Origin: Flavobacterium sp.
GTDB taxonomy: Bacteria; Bacteroidota; Bacteroidia; Flavobacteriales; Flavobacteriaceae
Reading direction: 5' to 3'
NCBI GenBank assembly: GCA_965284675.1
Contig: OZ260109.1
Location: 3,257,167-3,321,166, forward strand
DNA: 64,000 bases
Shown: one piece after another, positions 18,758 through 28,488 of the stretch
Layout: each line of letters begins with the position of its first letter
Numbering within the stretch: position 1 is the first letter of the stretch
Position numbers and translations under genes: made by a program
The notes under the pieces: model-generated
Told to the model about the DNA's origin: nothing
The model's database searches: none
Seen by the model: the letters and a program-made list of their open reading frames with translations, nothing else

Positions 18758-19423
18758 ATGAAAAACACTCTCATCGCTCCTTCGGTTTTAGCCGCCGATT
18801 TTGCCAACTTGCAACGCGACATCGAAATGATCAATCAATCAGAGGCCGATTGGTTTCACATCGACATCATGGACGGTGTTTTTGTTCCGAACATATCCTT
18901 CGGAATGCCCGTTTTAGAAGCCATTTCTAAACACGCCAAAAAAACAATCGACGTACATTTAATGATTGTCGATCCCGATCGATACATAAAAACATTTGCT
19001 GCCTTAGGATCAAATATCTTGACCGTTCACTACGAAGCGTGCACGCATTTGCACCGAACCTTACAAGCGATAAAAGCGGAAGGCATGAAAGCAGGCGTAG
19101 CTTTAAATCCGCATACCAATGTCGATTTGTTAGAAGACGTAATCAACGACATCGATATGGTTTGTTTGATGAGTGTAAATCCGGGTTTTGGTGGACAATC
19201 CTTCATCGAAAATACCTACACTAAAATTGAGAAATTAAAAGCAATGATTGTTCGTAAAAATGCTGCCACACTCATCGAAATAGATGGCGGAGTTACCGAT
19301 AAAAACGCGGTTCAATTAGTACATGCTGGTGCAGACGTATTGGTTGCTGGCAATTTTGTTTTTAAAGCAGCTGATCCTACTCAAACCATATCCGATTTAA
19401 AAAAATTACTACAAAAACACTAG
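18758..19423 (+). CDS. rpe: Ribulose-phosphate 3-epimerase
   Basis: IAPSVLAADF, HIDIMDGVFVPNISFG, DVHLM, LMSVNPGFGGQSF, IEIDGG. Confidence 0.97.
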   Translation: MKNTLIAPSVLAADFANLQRDIEMINQSEADWFHIDIMDGVFVPNISFGMPVLEAISKHAKKTIDVHLMIVDPDRYIKTFAALGSNILTVHYEACTHLHRTLQAIKAEGMKAGVALNPHTNVDLLEDVINDIDMVCLMSVNPGFGGQSFIENTYTKIEKLKAMIVRKNAATLIEIDGGVTDKNAVQLVHAGADVLVAGNFVFKAADPTQTISDLKKLLQKH

Positions 19424-19432
19424 TAACTCAAT

Positions 19433-19470
19433 AAAAAAGAGCCACTCACAATTTAGTGAATGGCTCTTTT
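19433..19470. terminator. Bidirectional terminator between rpe and the T9SS gene
   Basis: AAAAAAGAGCCA-CTCAC..GTGA-ATGGCTCTTTT between convergent genes. Confidence 0.8.
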
Positions 19471-19488
19471 CTTTTTTGAAAAGTTCTA

Positions 19489-20532
19489 TTATTCTTTGAT
19501 GAATTTTTTAGAAGCTATTCCTTTATCAGAAGTCAACTTCATGATGTAATTTCCAGACGCAAGATCAGAAACATTCACTTCTGAACTAGATAAATTCGGT
19601 ATACTTTTTACTACTTTACCATTTAAATCATAAACTTCAACACTAGATATTACAACATCGGTTGGAACTCTAAGTGAAATAATATTTTTTACCGGATTCG
19701 GAGATACCGTAATTGTTGCTTCAAAAGCATTTTCATTAGTTCCTAAAACGGTTCCGTTAACAATGAACGGCATATCTTGAACGAAATCGGGAGCAGTTGC
19801 AGCAGGATTTCCTGTATCCAATACACTTGCCCAAGTAGATGTTGTAACTGTTAATTGTTTGGCATTCCAACTTGGAAGACCTCTTGAACCTGTCACAGTT
19901 AATGGTGGTAAGAAAATTGCAGCATCATTGCTTGCGTGTACTTGATATACTACCCAATAGGTTCCTGCAGGTAACGCAGCTGATAATGTTCCTCTAACTT
20001 TCCAAACTTTTCTTGCAGTTCCTGGAGCAGTTCCTGGTGTCGGAGTTACAGAATTACCAACTCTGTAAATTAAAGAATCATCACTACCACTTGGATCGTA
20101 CACATCGGTTACTAAACTTCCCGCAACAACAACTCCACCTGCCGATGGATCTCCGTTATATACTTGTACTCTTAACTCGTCATTTGGTGGAACATTGCCA
20201 GCATAATTTGTTTGATAAATAAAGAAATCAAAACTAGTAACATTCCAGATTTCTCCTACTGGTACAACAAAATCATCTGCTAAAGCAAAACTTGTGGTAC
20301 CAGCAGTATTATAATAAGCACTAAATCCAAAGCTTCCGTTTGACTCAGTTGTGTTACCTGTGTCACTTTGTAGTTCACTCCATGAAAAACCAGCTGGAGC
20401 ATTCACACCGCTTGCAGAAGTTGTACCCGTCGAAAATCCACCATTAGTGTAAATCTGTTGAGCGTTTAAAAATGAACTACATGTCAACGCACATAGTAAA
20501 CTAAACGATTTTAAAGTAATTTTTCTATTCAT
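19489..20532 (-). CDS. T9SS type A sorting-domain secreted protein of unknown function
   Basis: Signal peptide from ATG 20532 (MNRKITLKSFSLLCALTCSSFLNA); CTD ITVSPNPVKN...VEVYDLNGKVVK...LASGNYIMKLTSDKGIASKKFIKE. Confidence 0.85.
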   Translation of the reverse strand: MNRKITLKSFSLLCALTCSSFLNAQQIYTNGGFSTGTTSASGVNAPAGFSWSELQSDTGNTTESNGSFGFSAYYNTAGTTSFALADDFVVPVGEIWNVTSFDFFIYQTNYAGNVPPNDELRVQVYNGDPSAGGVVVAGSLVTDVYDPSGSDDSLIYRVGNSVTPTPGTAPGTARKVWKVRGTLSAALPAGTYWVVYQVHASNDAAIFLPPLTVTGSRGLPSWNAKQLTVTTSTWASVLDTGNPAATAPDFVQDMPFIVNGTVLGTNENAFEATITVSPNPVKNIISLRVPTDVVISSVEVYDLNGKVVKSIPNLSSSEVNVSDLASGNYIMKLTSDKGIASKKFIKE

Positions 20533-20767
20533 AATTGATTTGTTTTTTAAGTTCATTATAAAAGTACAAAAATATTGGTCAAAAAAATATTTTGCCGATA
20601 AAAAACCAAAAATATTGTTAAAATTATAATTTAATTACTTCTAATTTATCTTAAAAAAATAAAAAAACACCATTAAATGCTTAAAATTATATCATTATTT
20701 TAATTTTGAAAACTCAACACTGAACATCTATTATAGTTCTTTGTATAGCATACAAAAAAATCTAAAT

Positions 20768-21589
20768 TCATTGCATATCGTAATGCTTATGATTTAACAT
20801 AATACTTACTTTCTGAAAAAGTTCTGGGAATTCTGCTTCAAACTCGAGTGGAGTTTCAAAATAATGTTCGACAATAACCGATAAGAACTCAAAGCTATTA
20901 GTGTAGGCATAGATTCGGAAATACTCAGAATTAATTAGCTTTTCCCTATTAGGTGGATGATTGACTTCCTTTTGAATCTGATTGTATACTCTATTAAAAA
21001 TAACGGCACTGGCATCTTCGCTTTTTAATCCGTGAAAATGCAACACATGACTGAATTCGTGCAATCCTAAATTTAAATTATCGTTGTTGACCTCATAACC
21101 GTGTAAAAAATCTTCCCACGAAAAAACTAGGGCTTTCATTCTCGGATTGAATTCTCCTTTATGATATACTTCGTTGATAGTAGAATAATACGAGCTAGGG
21201 TAGACTACAATCGTGTCAATAACATCAAATAAATACTTTCTCATTCCGAAAGTGAGCATGGTTGACGTAGCTGCAATGAGCACTTTAACTTCATCGGTAA
21301 TCAAGAATTCTTCTTTACCAATAAATTTATATTTTTTAATAAAAGTCGCCACTCTATGCTCGAAATAAATCTTCTTTTTGTCTGAAAGCTGATTGTAGTA
21401 GTGTACTTTTTTATTCAAAACATACAGTTGATTGGCCGTCAAAGATTGGGTTGTAGGATACCAATGAACAAAAAGGGGTTTGTTGAAAATTACACCATAA
21501 TTATCCTCAGTAACAGTAAACAAAAAACTAAACAACAACACGAGTATGGCCGCTAGCAGAATCGCAATAATGATGTATACTATAATCAT
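20768..21589 (-). CDS. Zinc-dependent peptidase, MtfA/M90 family, with N-terminal membrane anchor
   Basis: VFSWEDF, NLGLHEFSH (HEXXH), YAYTNSFEFLSVIVEHYFETP. Confidence 0.88.
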   Translation of the reverse strand: MIIVYIIIAILLAAILVLLFSFLFTVTEDNYGVIFNKPLFVHWYPTTQSLTANQLYVLNKKVHYYNQLSDKKKIYFEHRVATFIKKYKFIGKEEFLITDEVKVLIAATSTMLTFGMRKYLFDVIDTIVVYPSSYYSTINEVYHKGEFNPRMKALVFSWEDFLHGYEVNNDNLNLGLHEFSHVLHFHGLKSEDASAVIFNRVYNQIQKEVNHPPNREKLINSEYFRIYAYTNSFEFLSVIVEHYFETPLEFEAEFPELFQKVSIMLNHKHYDMQ

Positions 21590-21744
21590 TTAGTAGGGTA
21601 ACCTTTTTACAATTTAAAAAACATCAAATTAAACAAAAATAGATGTTCTCCAAATCTAATTAAAAAGAAATTAGTATCAATACAATGAAACACAAAACAA
21701 TAGAGAGTGGTAATTTACATCCTTTTAAAGTGTGTCTGCTCCCA

Positions 21745-22046
21745 ACCTTAAAGCTTCGCTTTGAGACACGAGCGGTAGCGAACTGGCGAAGCAATACTAA
21801 AAACAAAAAAGCTATTTCAAGCGAACTTGGACTTTCATTGATGTTGCAGGGTTGACTGCGTCTTCCCTGACAAAGCTCCGCTTTAAGAACACTTAAAAAC
21901 AAAAAAAGCTAATTCAAGCGAACTTGGACTTTCATTGATGTTGAAGGGTTGACTGCGTCTTCCCTGACAAAGCTCCGCTTTGATAATACTAAAAACGAAA
22001 AAAAACACTCAAGCGAGCTTGGTGTTTTTTTTCTAATTTTAGTATT
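21745..22046 (-). repeat. ~96-bp tandem repeat array downstream of tRNA-Arg
   Basis: TCAAGCGA(A/G)CTTGG at 21817, 21914 and 22009 (periods 97 and 95); two near-identical full units, one partial unit forming a hairpin, and a degenerate copy near 21750. Confidence 0.9.
21985..22046 (-). terminator. Probable terminator hairpin after tRNA-Arg
   Basis: AATACTAAAA..AAAAAAAACAC-CAAGCGAGCTTG-GTGTTTTTTTT..TTTTAGTATT long inverted repeat. Confidence 0.65.
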
Positions 22047-22052
22047 CATTCG

Positions 22053-22126
22053 TGACCTCGGCAGGGTTCGAACCTGCAACCATCAGAGCCGAAATCTGAT
22101 ATTCTATCCAGTTGAACTACGAAGCC
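22053..22126 (-). tRNA. tRNA-Arg (anticodon UCG)
   Basis: GGCTTCG-TA-GTTC AACTGGATA GAAT-A-TCAGA TT[TCG]GC TCTGA-TGGTT-GCAGG TTCGAAC CCTGC-CGAGGTC-A cloverleaf; CCA not encoded. Confidence 0.95.
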
Positions 22127-22189
22127 AATCTTAGGTGCGAAGTTAGAAGAAATAAATCGTACTTCCAACTTTGTATCTCGTACTTTAAC

Positions 22190-22639
22190 TTATACTAATA
22201 ATTTTTTGACAATAGTAGAAATGGTTTTTCCATCGGTTTTACCCGCTAATTCTTTGGACGCCATTCCCATCACTTGACCCATTGCTGCCATTCCGCTGAA
22301 ACCATTATCAGCAATAATTTTAGCCACAATTGTCTCTACGTCTGCTTCTGATAATTGAGCCGGTAAAAACTTCTCAATTACGGCTACTTGCGCCAATTCG
22401 GGCTCGGCTAAGTCAGCTCTTCCTTGTTCGGTATAAATCGTTGCACTGTCTTTGCGTTGTTTTACTAAACGTTGCAACAACTTGATTTCGTCGTCGGCGG
22501 ATAATACATCAGATGCACCCGTTTCCGTTTTGGCGAGAATGATTCCCGATTTTATGGCGCGTAACGCTTCTAAGGCAATGGTATCTTTTGCTCTCATGGC
22601 GTTTTTCATTTCGTCCATGATTTGTGTTTCTAAGCTCAT
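22190..22639 (-). CDS. GatB/YqeY domain protein
   Basis: MSLETQIMDEMKNAMRAKD..ALRAIKS, LVKQRKDSATIY, EKFLPAQLS, MGQVMG. Confidence 0.93.
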   Translation of the reverse strand: MSLETQIMDEMKNAMRAKDTIALEALRAIKSGIILAKTETGASDVLSADDEIKLLQRLVKQRKDSATIYTEQGRADLAEPELAQVAVIEKFLPAQLSEADVETIVAKIIADNGFSGMAAMGQVMGMASKELAGKTDGKTISTIVKKLLV

Positions 22640-22674
22640 CGTATTGAATTTGGATTATACTACAAAATTACTAC

Positions 22675-22800
22675 TCTAGCCCTGACCTGCCTGTCGGCAG
22701 ACAGGTTGGCCATGTATCCTGTTATTGCGAGAAACGCGGCAATCCTTTATAGATTGATTCGCTATGCTCGCAATGGCAGATACTGCGGAAAGCAGGACGA
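22675..22800. repeat. Composite miniature repeat upstream of the YqeY gene
   Basis: TCTAGCCCTGA arm (also at 31074), CCTGTC-GGCA-GACAGG hairpin, and ATTGCGAG..GCAATC..GATTG..CTCGCAAT inverted repeat. Confidence 0.65.
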
Positions 22801-22882
22801 TTGCTGAAATAACAACAATTCATCTGCTCCTAAAGGCATGCAAATTTAGTGATTTTTTTGATTGTAAAAGAGGTAATAATAC

Positions 22883-22925
22883 AAAAAAATAACCCGAAAA
22901 TGCTACATCACTTTCGGGTTAAAAA
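22883..22925 (-). terminator. Terminator after ftsZ
   Basis: AACCCGAAA..TTTCGGGTT stem with A/T tracts on both sides. Confidence 0.75.
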
Positions 22926-22944
22926 CAATTATATTAAACTACAA

Positions 22945-24906
22945 TTAATCTACATTATCGTGCAGGAACGAATTGTTAGAACGCAACTGAACATCATCGT
23001 TACTATCGGTTCCTAAAGACATTCTTGAAGCGTTTGACGCATTAGTGTTTTCAGAAATATCGATTCCGAGGCGTTTGTAAGCAGGTTCTTTTTCGAACTC
23101 TTCTACTCTCGAATTGTTCGAGTGGAATTTGTAATTGAACTCTTTTAACTTGCGTCTTCTCTCGTCAGCTCTCACTTTCAACGTTTCCTCGATGGTCATT
23201 TCAACCGGAGTTACATCTTCAAAATGAGTTGCAAATTTCGGTTGGTGTGATTCGCTGATTGGTTTTAACGTAATGTCTAATTCGGAGTCAATTGGCTCAT
23301 TCACCACGTTTGCCGCTGGTTTTGAACTGGTCAATTCCGCTTCAATTTCCATGTATTCCTCTAACGAAAACTTCACGATTCCGTCTTTACTCAATTCGGT
23401 TACCGGAACAAATTCTACGTGTTCGTTTACTTTTATATCACGCGTTTCATCGCTTAAGTCGAATAAAATTCGATCTTCTTTTACTTCTACTTCTGCCTTT
23501 GCAGCGGGAATATCAAAAGTGAACGTGATTTGCTCTTCTTTGGTTACGATTTGCGTATCAACTACTTTGATTTCGTTAATTTCTCTCGCCACTGGCGTTT
23601 GAATTTCGAAATTCATATTCGACATTGGCGATACAATTTCGAATGTAACATCCAAATTGCGGATAAAATCATTCATTGCCACCAAATCATTTTCGTTGAT
23701 TTTAGCTACGATCGGAGTTTCAATTTCTTCCTCTACCAATTCGAAAATTACCTTTTCCTCGACAACTTCTGCTTTGATTTCTGGAGTCACTTCGATTGCG
23801 TCTTCCACAATAGTAGAATTTACTGAAAGTGTTTTCTGCGTTAAATCGTGTATGAATTTTTGATCATCTTCCAACGAGTGGATGATTTTCTTTGGTTCTG
23901 TATTTACAATTCCGTTTTGTTGTTCCACGTTAAAACCCGTAGCAATAATGGTAACCGCAACGGCATCTCCGAGTGAATCGTCTTCACCTACACCCATGAT
24001 GATGTTGGCGTTGAAACCAGCTTCAGTTTGAATGTGGTCGTTGATTTCACCGATTTCATCAATCGTGATTTCACTAGTTCCGGAAACGATAAGCAACAAT
24101 ACGTTTTTGGCACCTGTAATTTTGTTGTCGTTCAACAACGGTGAATCCAACGCAGAAATAATCGCGTCTTTTGCACGGTTATCACCGCTTGCAGTAGCCG
24201 ATCCCATGATAGCAGTTCCGCTATTAGCCAACACAGTTTTAGCATCTTTTAAATCGATGTTTTGCGTGTAGTGGTGTGTAATTACTTCAGCAATACCACG
24301 AGAAGCGGTGGCCAAAACTTCATCAGCTTTGGAGAAACCAGCCTTGAAACCAAGGTTGCCGTATACTTCTCTTAGTTTATTGTTGTTGATGACGATGAGC
24401 GAATCGACTTGTCTTCTTAATTTTTCAACACCGTTTAAGGCTTGATCGGAACGTACTTTTCCTTCAAATTGAAACGGAATCGTCACAATACCTACGGTTA
24501 AAATATCTCTCTCTTTTGCCAGTTGAGCAATTACCGGCGCAGCACCCGTTCCGGTTCCACCGCCCATTCCAGCAGTAATAAAAACCATTTTGGTGTTGCT
24601 GTCAAGCATTTGTTCGATTTCTGCAATACTTTCGATTGCAGATTGTTGTCCCACATCAGGATTTGCGCCAGCTCCGAGTCCTTCGGTGAGGCTTAATCCC
24701 AATTGGATTTTGTTAGGAACTGGACTATTTTGTAGTGCTTGCGAATCGGTGTTGCATACTACAAAGTCCACTCCTTTTATTCCTTGTTTAAACATGTGGT
24801 TGATGGCATTGCTTCCGCCGCCGCCAACTCCAATAACTTTAATGACATTTGATTGATTTTTAGGTAAATCAAATGAAATGTTTCCAAATTCTGAGTTGCT
24901 CATCAT
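22945..24906 (-). CDS. ftsZ: Cell division protein FtsZ (long acidic C-terminal linker)
   Basis: IKVIGVGGGGSNA, AGMGGGTGTGAAP tubulin signature, C-terminal EPAYKR. Confidence 0.97.
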   Translation of the reverse strand: MMSNSEFGNISFDLPKNQSNVIKVIGVGGGGSNAINHMFKQGIKGVDFVVCNTDSQALQNSPVPNKIQLGLSLTEGLGAGANPDVGQQSAIESIAEIEQMLDSNTKMVFITAGMGGGTGTGAAPVIAQLAKERDILTVGIVTIPFQFEGKVRSDQALNGVEKLRRQVDSLIVINNNKLREVYGNLGFKAGFSKADEVLATASRGIAEVITHHYTQNIDLKDAKTVLANSGTAIMGSATASGDNRAKDAIISALDSPLLNDNKITGAKNVLLLIVSGTSEITIDEIGEINDHIQTEAGFNANIIMGVGEDDSLGDAVAVTIIATGFNVEQQNGIVNTEPKKIIHSLEDDQKFIHDLTQKTLSVNSTIVEDAIEVTPEIKAEVVEEKVIFELVEEEIETPIVAKINENDLVAMNDFIRNLDVTFEIVSPMSNMNFEIQTPVAREINEIKVVDTQIVTKEEQITFTFDIPAAKAEVEVKEDRILFDLSDETRDIKVNEHVEFVPVTELSKDGIVKFSLEEYMEIEAELTSSKPAANVVNEPIDSELDITLKPISESHQPKFATHFEDVTPVEMTIEETLKVRADERRRKLKEFNYKFHSNNSRVEEFEKEPAYKRLGIDISENTNASNASRMSLGTDSNDDVQLRSNNSFLHDNVD

Positions 24907-24942
24907 ACTATTTTGGTTTTGCTTTATTTTGTAATCTATTTT

Positions 24943-26328
24943 TTATTCTGCATTGTCAAGAAAATCTTTGATCTTGTCTACATATTTATCAAAAAATGAT
25001 CTTTTGATTTTTTCTCCTGTAGTTTCGGTGTCTTTGCCTTTCTTTTCTTCTACATTATGTTCTACTATCGGCGCTTCTTCTTGAAGTTCAACCACGGGTT
25101 GCGTAACGACGGGTTTAACTTCTTTGTAGCTGTCTCGCAGCTCCAATTTATAAGCGCTTTGTGTATTGTTTGCGATGCTGTTCATTACTAAACCAACAGC
25201 TGTTGCATACAACGGACTTGATATCACTTCGCTAGAATTTCCAGCGAGGTGTTCGTTTGGATAGCCAATTCTCGTATCCATCCCGGTGATGTATTCCACC
25301 AATTGCTTGATGTGATTCAGTTGTGAACCACCGCCTGTCAATACAATTCCGGCAATTAATTTCTTTTTCGACTCTTCGTGACCGTACGATTTGATTTCGG
25401 CGTATACTTGCTCGATGATTTCCACCACACGTGCATGGATGATTTTCGACAAATTCTTCAACGAAATTTCTTTCGGTTCTCTTCCGCGTAAGCCTGGAAT
25501 CGATACAATTTCGTTGTCTTTATTTTCGCCTGGCCAAGCCGAACCGAATTTTGTTTTGAGCAATTCTGCTTGTTTCTCAATAATCGAACAACCTTCTTTG
25601 ATGTCGTCGGTGATTACATTTCCTCCAAACGGAATTACTGCAGTGTGGCGAATGATTCCGTCTTTAAAAATCGCTAAATCCGTTGTTCCACCACCAATGT
25701 CGATTAAGGCAACGCCTGCTTCTTTTTCTTCCTGACTCAAAACGGCATCCGAAGAAGCCAATGGTTCAAGTGTCAATCCTGATAATTCAATTCCGGAACT
25801 TTGAATGCAACGACCCACATTTCGGATGGATGAGGCTTGTCCGACAACCACGTGAAAACTTGCTTCCAATCGGCCGCCATACATACCGATTGGTTCTTTG
25901 ATTTCGGATTGCCCGTCGATTTTGAATTCTTGTGGCAATACATGGATGATTTCTTCGCCCGGAAGCATCGCCAATTTATTCACTTGATCGATTAATAACT
26001 GGATGTCGTTTCCGCTGATTACTTCTTCGGGATTACTTCGGCTGATATAGTCAGTGTGTTGTATGCTGCGGATGTGTTGTCCGGCGATTCCAACTACTAC
26101 GTCGTTGATTTTGTAACCTGAATTTTCTTCAGCTTCGATAATTGCTTGTTGGATGGATTGAATCGTTTGCGTGATGTTATTTACCACACCACGAGCCACG
26201 CCAAGACTTTTTGACTTTCCAACGCCAAGAATCTCTAACTTACCGTATTCGTTTTTTTTGCCAATCATGGCAACGATTTTGGTCGTTCCGATGTCTAATC
26301 CAACTGCAATATTCTCTTTTTCCATCAT
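24943..26328 (-). CDS. ftsA: Cell division protein FtsA
   Basis: GLDIGTTKI, IDIGGGTTD, IVLTGGGS, YATAVGL. Confidence 0.97.
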   Translation of the reverse strand: MMEKENIAVGLDIGTTKIVAMIGKKNEYGKLEILGVGKSKSLGVARGVVNNITQTIQSIQQAIIEAEENSGYKINDVVVGIAGQHIRSIQHTDYISRSNPEEVISGNDIQLLIDQVNKLAMLPGEEIIHVLPQEFKIDGQSEIKEPIGMYGGRLEASFHVVVGQASSIRNVGRCIQSSGIELSGLTLEPLASSDAVLSQEEKEAGVALIDIGGGTTDLAIFKDGIIRHTAVIPFGGNVITDDIKEGCSIIEKQAELLKTKFGSAWPGENKDNEIVSIPGLRGREPKEISLKNLSKIIHARVVEIIEQVYAEIKSYGHEESKKKLIAGIVLTGGGSQLNHIKQLVEYITGMDTRIGYPNEHLAGNSSEVISSPLYATAVGLVMNSIANNTQSAYKLELRDSYKEVKPVVTQPVVELQEEAPIVEHNVEEKKGKDTETTGEKIKRSFFDKYVDKIKDFLDNAE

Positions 26329-26332
26329 CTAA

Positions 26333-27058
26333 TTATTTTATACAAACAACTTGTTGTGTAAACTTCAGATTTATTTTTTTATATTTTTTCACAACACTGT
26401 CGGTTACTTCTTTTTGAAAAAAGGCCTTATAGTTGCTAAACTTTCTCTCAACATTGATTGGTTTTCCAAACAAAATATCAAAATCGTAATTTCTATTCTT
26501 CATCAAAAGCTCATCTTGGGGCAAAACTTGAACACCGATGATGTTTTTTTTCAAAAATTCATCATCGTAAATCATCTTTAAAATTTCAGATAATTTTTTC
26601 CTGTTTTTGTCTGTAATCTCCCCCAAAACAAGTGGAACTCTCGCCGAATTTAATTCGGAAAGCGGCATCGTACTTCCTTCATAATCAATGTAAAAAGAAC
26701 CACTATTGTTTACTACTCGAGCTACTGGTGTTTTTTGTTTCACTATCGCTCTCAACGTGCCGTCTATGGTAACAAAAACGTCTGATTTTTCAATCATTTT
26801 ATTTTTGTTGATAGACTTCTCCAATTTGTTCAAATCTACTTCAACTTTTGCAATGGTTTTTATATCACTTTTATTTTCTATTAACAATTTATTAACCGTC
26901 TCATTGCTGATAAAAAGCGGCTCATTATTGACAATTATCACCTCGGTATTTTTGAGCTTTCTATTCGAATTTCTCTTGCCAGTAAAGGAATACAGAAATA
27001 CTACTAACGCAAACATTAGAACTAATCGTATCACTGACCAATTAAAATATTTCTTCAT
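26333..27058 (-). CDS. ftsQ: Cell division protein FtsQ/DivIB
   Basis: N-terminal TM helix, POTRA-like region, KQKTPVARV, C-terminal INLKFTQQVVC; position between murC and ftsA. Confidence 0.85.
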   Translation of the reverse strand: MKKYFNWSVIRLVLMFALVVFLYSFTGKRNSNRKLKNTEVIIVNNEPLFISNETVNKLLIENKSDIKTIAKVEVDLNKLEKSINKNKMIEKSDVFVTIDGTLRAIVKQKTPVARVVNNSGSFYIDYEGSTMPLSELNSARVPLVLGEITDKNRKKLSEILKMIYDDEFLKKNIIGVQVLPQDELLMKNRNYDFDILFGKPINVERKFSNYKAFFQKEVTDSVVKKYKKINLKFTQQVVCIK

Positions 27059-27064
27059 TTTTGT

Positions 27065-28423
27065 TTATAATTTTGCGTTTCTAACTTCCAATTCTTTTTT
27101 GATTTTTGGCACCATTTCACCGATGTCTCCAGCTCCTATTGTCACTAGGATTTTCGCATCAATTTTAACAAGTGTTGAAATCAAATCTTCTTTCGAAACC
27201 AAACGTTTATTTGGGTTGGTCATTTTGCTCATCAACCAAGAAGATGTTACTCCTTCCATAGGCAATTCTCGTGCTGGATAAATATCTAATAAAATCACTT
27301 CATCAAAAGCAGAAAGGCTTTTGGCAAAATCATCTACAAAGTCATTGGTTCTACTGAATAAATGCGGTTGAAAAACGGCTACTACTTTTTCTCCCGGATA
27401 CAATTCACGTACCGCTTGATGCACCGCATTGATTTCGGTCGGATGGTGCGCATAATCGTCGATGTACACGAAATCATCGGTTTTGATTTGGTAGGAAAAC
27501 CGGCGTTGAATTCCTTTAAATGAAGCTAACCCTTTAACAATGGCTTCGGTTGGGGTTCCATATGATTTAGCCATTGCTAAAGCGGTTAACGCATTCATTA
27601 AATTGTGTCGCCCAGGCAAGCCAAAAGCGATGTTTTTTATACTTTCTGTCGGTGTTTGCACATCGAAGACGTAGGCACTGTTTTCAATTCTAACATTGAA
27701 AGCCATATACGTTGCTTCTTCGTTTACGGCAACTGTCAATCCGTCCAACGGCACTCCTTTTGGCACAAACAAATGTGATTTGTCCTGTACCTTATCGGCA
27801 AATTCCCTGAACGAATCTTCGATGGCGGCGCTGTCTCCGTATATATCTAAATGATCGGCATCCATAGATGTTACACAGGCAATATCGGGATGTAAATGTA
27901 GAAACGAACGATCAAATTCGTCGGCTTCAACCACCGTAATGGTCTTTCCGCTGCCAATCAAATTGGACTGGTAATTTTCTACTATTCCGCCTAAAAAAGC
28001 CGTTACATCTGCACCACTTTCGTACAAAACGTGTCCGAGTATGCTTGACGTAGTGGTTTTTCCGTGCGTTCCAGCAACCGCGAAGCAAAACGTATCTTTG
28101 GTGATTAAGCCTAAAACTTCTGCTCGCTTTTTAATGGTATAATTGCGTTCGATGAAATAATTCCATTCTGAATGTGTTACCGGAACGGCAGGCGTCACGA
28201 TAACTAAGGTATTTTCTACGTAATAGTCAATCGGAATTAAATCAATTGCATCTTCAAAATGAATCTCCATTCCACCAGCTATGAGTTCGTCGGTCAAGCG
28301 CGTCGGCGTTTTATCGTAACCCGAAACCTTCTTTCCAATGTTTTGAAAATAGCGGGCAAGAGCACTCATTCCGATGCCTCCGATTCCGATGAAATAGACG
28401 TTATGTATTTGGTTTAGATTCAT
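27065..28423 (-). CDS. murC: UDP-N-acetylmuramate--L-alanine ligase
   Basis: FIGIGGIGMSALA, VAGTHGKTTT, EADEFD, DDYAHHPTEI, VFQPHLFSRT. Confidence 0.97.
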   Translation of the reverse strand: MNLNQIHNVYFIGIGGIGMSALARYFQNIGKKVSGYDKTPTRLTDELIAGGMEIHFEDAIDLIPIDYYVENTLVIVTPAVPVTHSEWNYFIERNYTIKKRAEVLGLITKDTFCFAVAGTHGKTTTSSILGHVLYESGADVTAFLGGIVENYQSNLIGSGKTITVVEADEFDRSFLHLHPDIACVTSMDADHLDIYGDSAAIEDSFREFADKVQDKSHLFVPKGVPLDGLTVAVNEEATYMAFNVRIENSAYVFDVQTPTESIKNIAFGLPGRHNLMNALTALAMAKSYGTPTEAIVKGLASFKGIQRRFSYQIKTDDFVYIDDYAHHPTEINAVHQAVRELYPGEKVVAVFQPHLFSRTNDFVDDFAKSLSAFDEVILLDIYPARELPMEGVTSSWLMSKMTNPNKRLVSKEDLISTLVKIDAKILVTIGAGDIGEMVPKIKKELEVRNAKL

Positions 28424-28427
28424 TTTA

Positions 28428-28486
28428 TTTTACACGAATTTCACGAATTTTCACGAACAATTATTATTGCGAAAATTTCACAAATT
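28428..28486. repeat. (A/T)CACGAATT short tandem repeat between murG and murC
   Basis: ACACGAATTTCACGAATTTTCACGAA, three units. Confidence 0.55.
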
Positions 28487-28488
28487 AT

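Noticed and set aside
21793-22020. CRISPR array
   Set aside because: The units are contiguous near-identical ~96-bp copies with no unique spacers, and no cas genes are in the window.
21660-22134. Short ORFs (80 aa minus, 61 aa plus, and a ~57-aa plus ORF from 21685)
   Set aside because: They overlap the tandem array and the tRNA; no recognisable motifs.
28467-28486. TTGCGAA-AAT-TTCACAA resembling the BetR-type operator
   Set aside because: The spacer differs (3 versus 1 nt) and it is embedded in a CACGAATT repeat inside the dcw operon, so it is probably coincidental.
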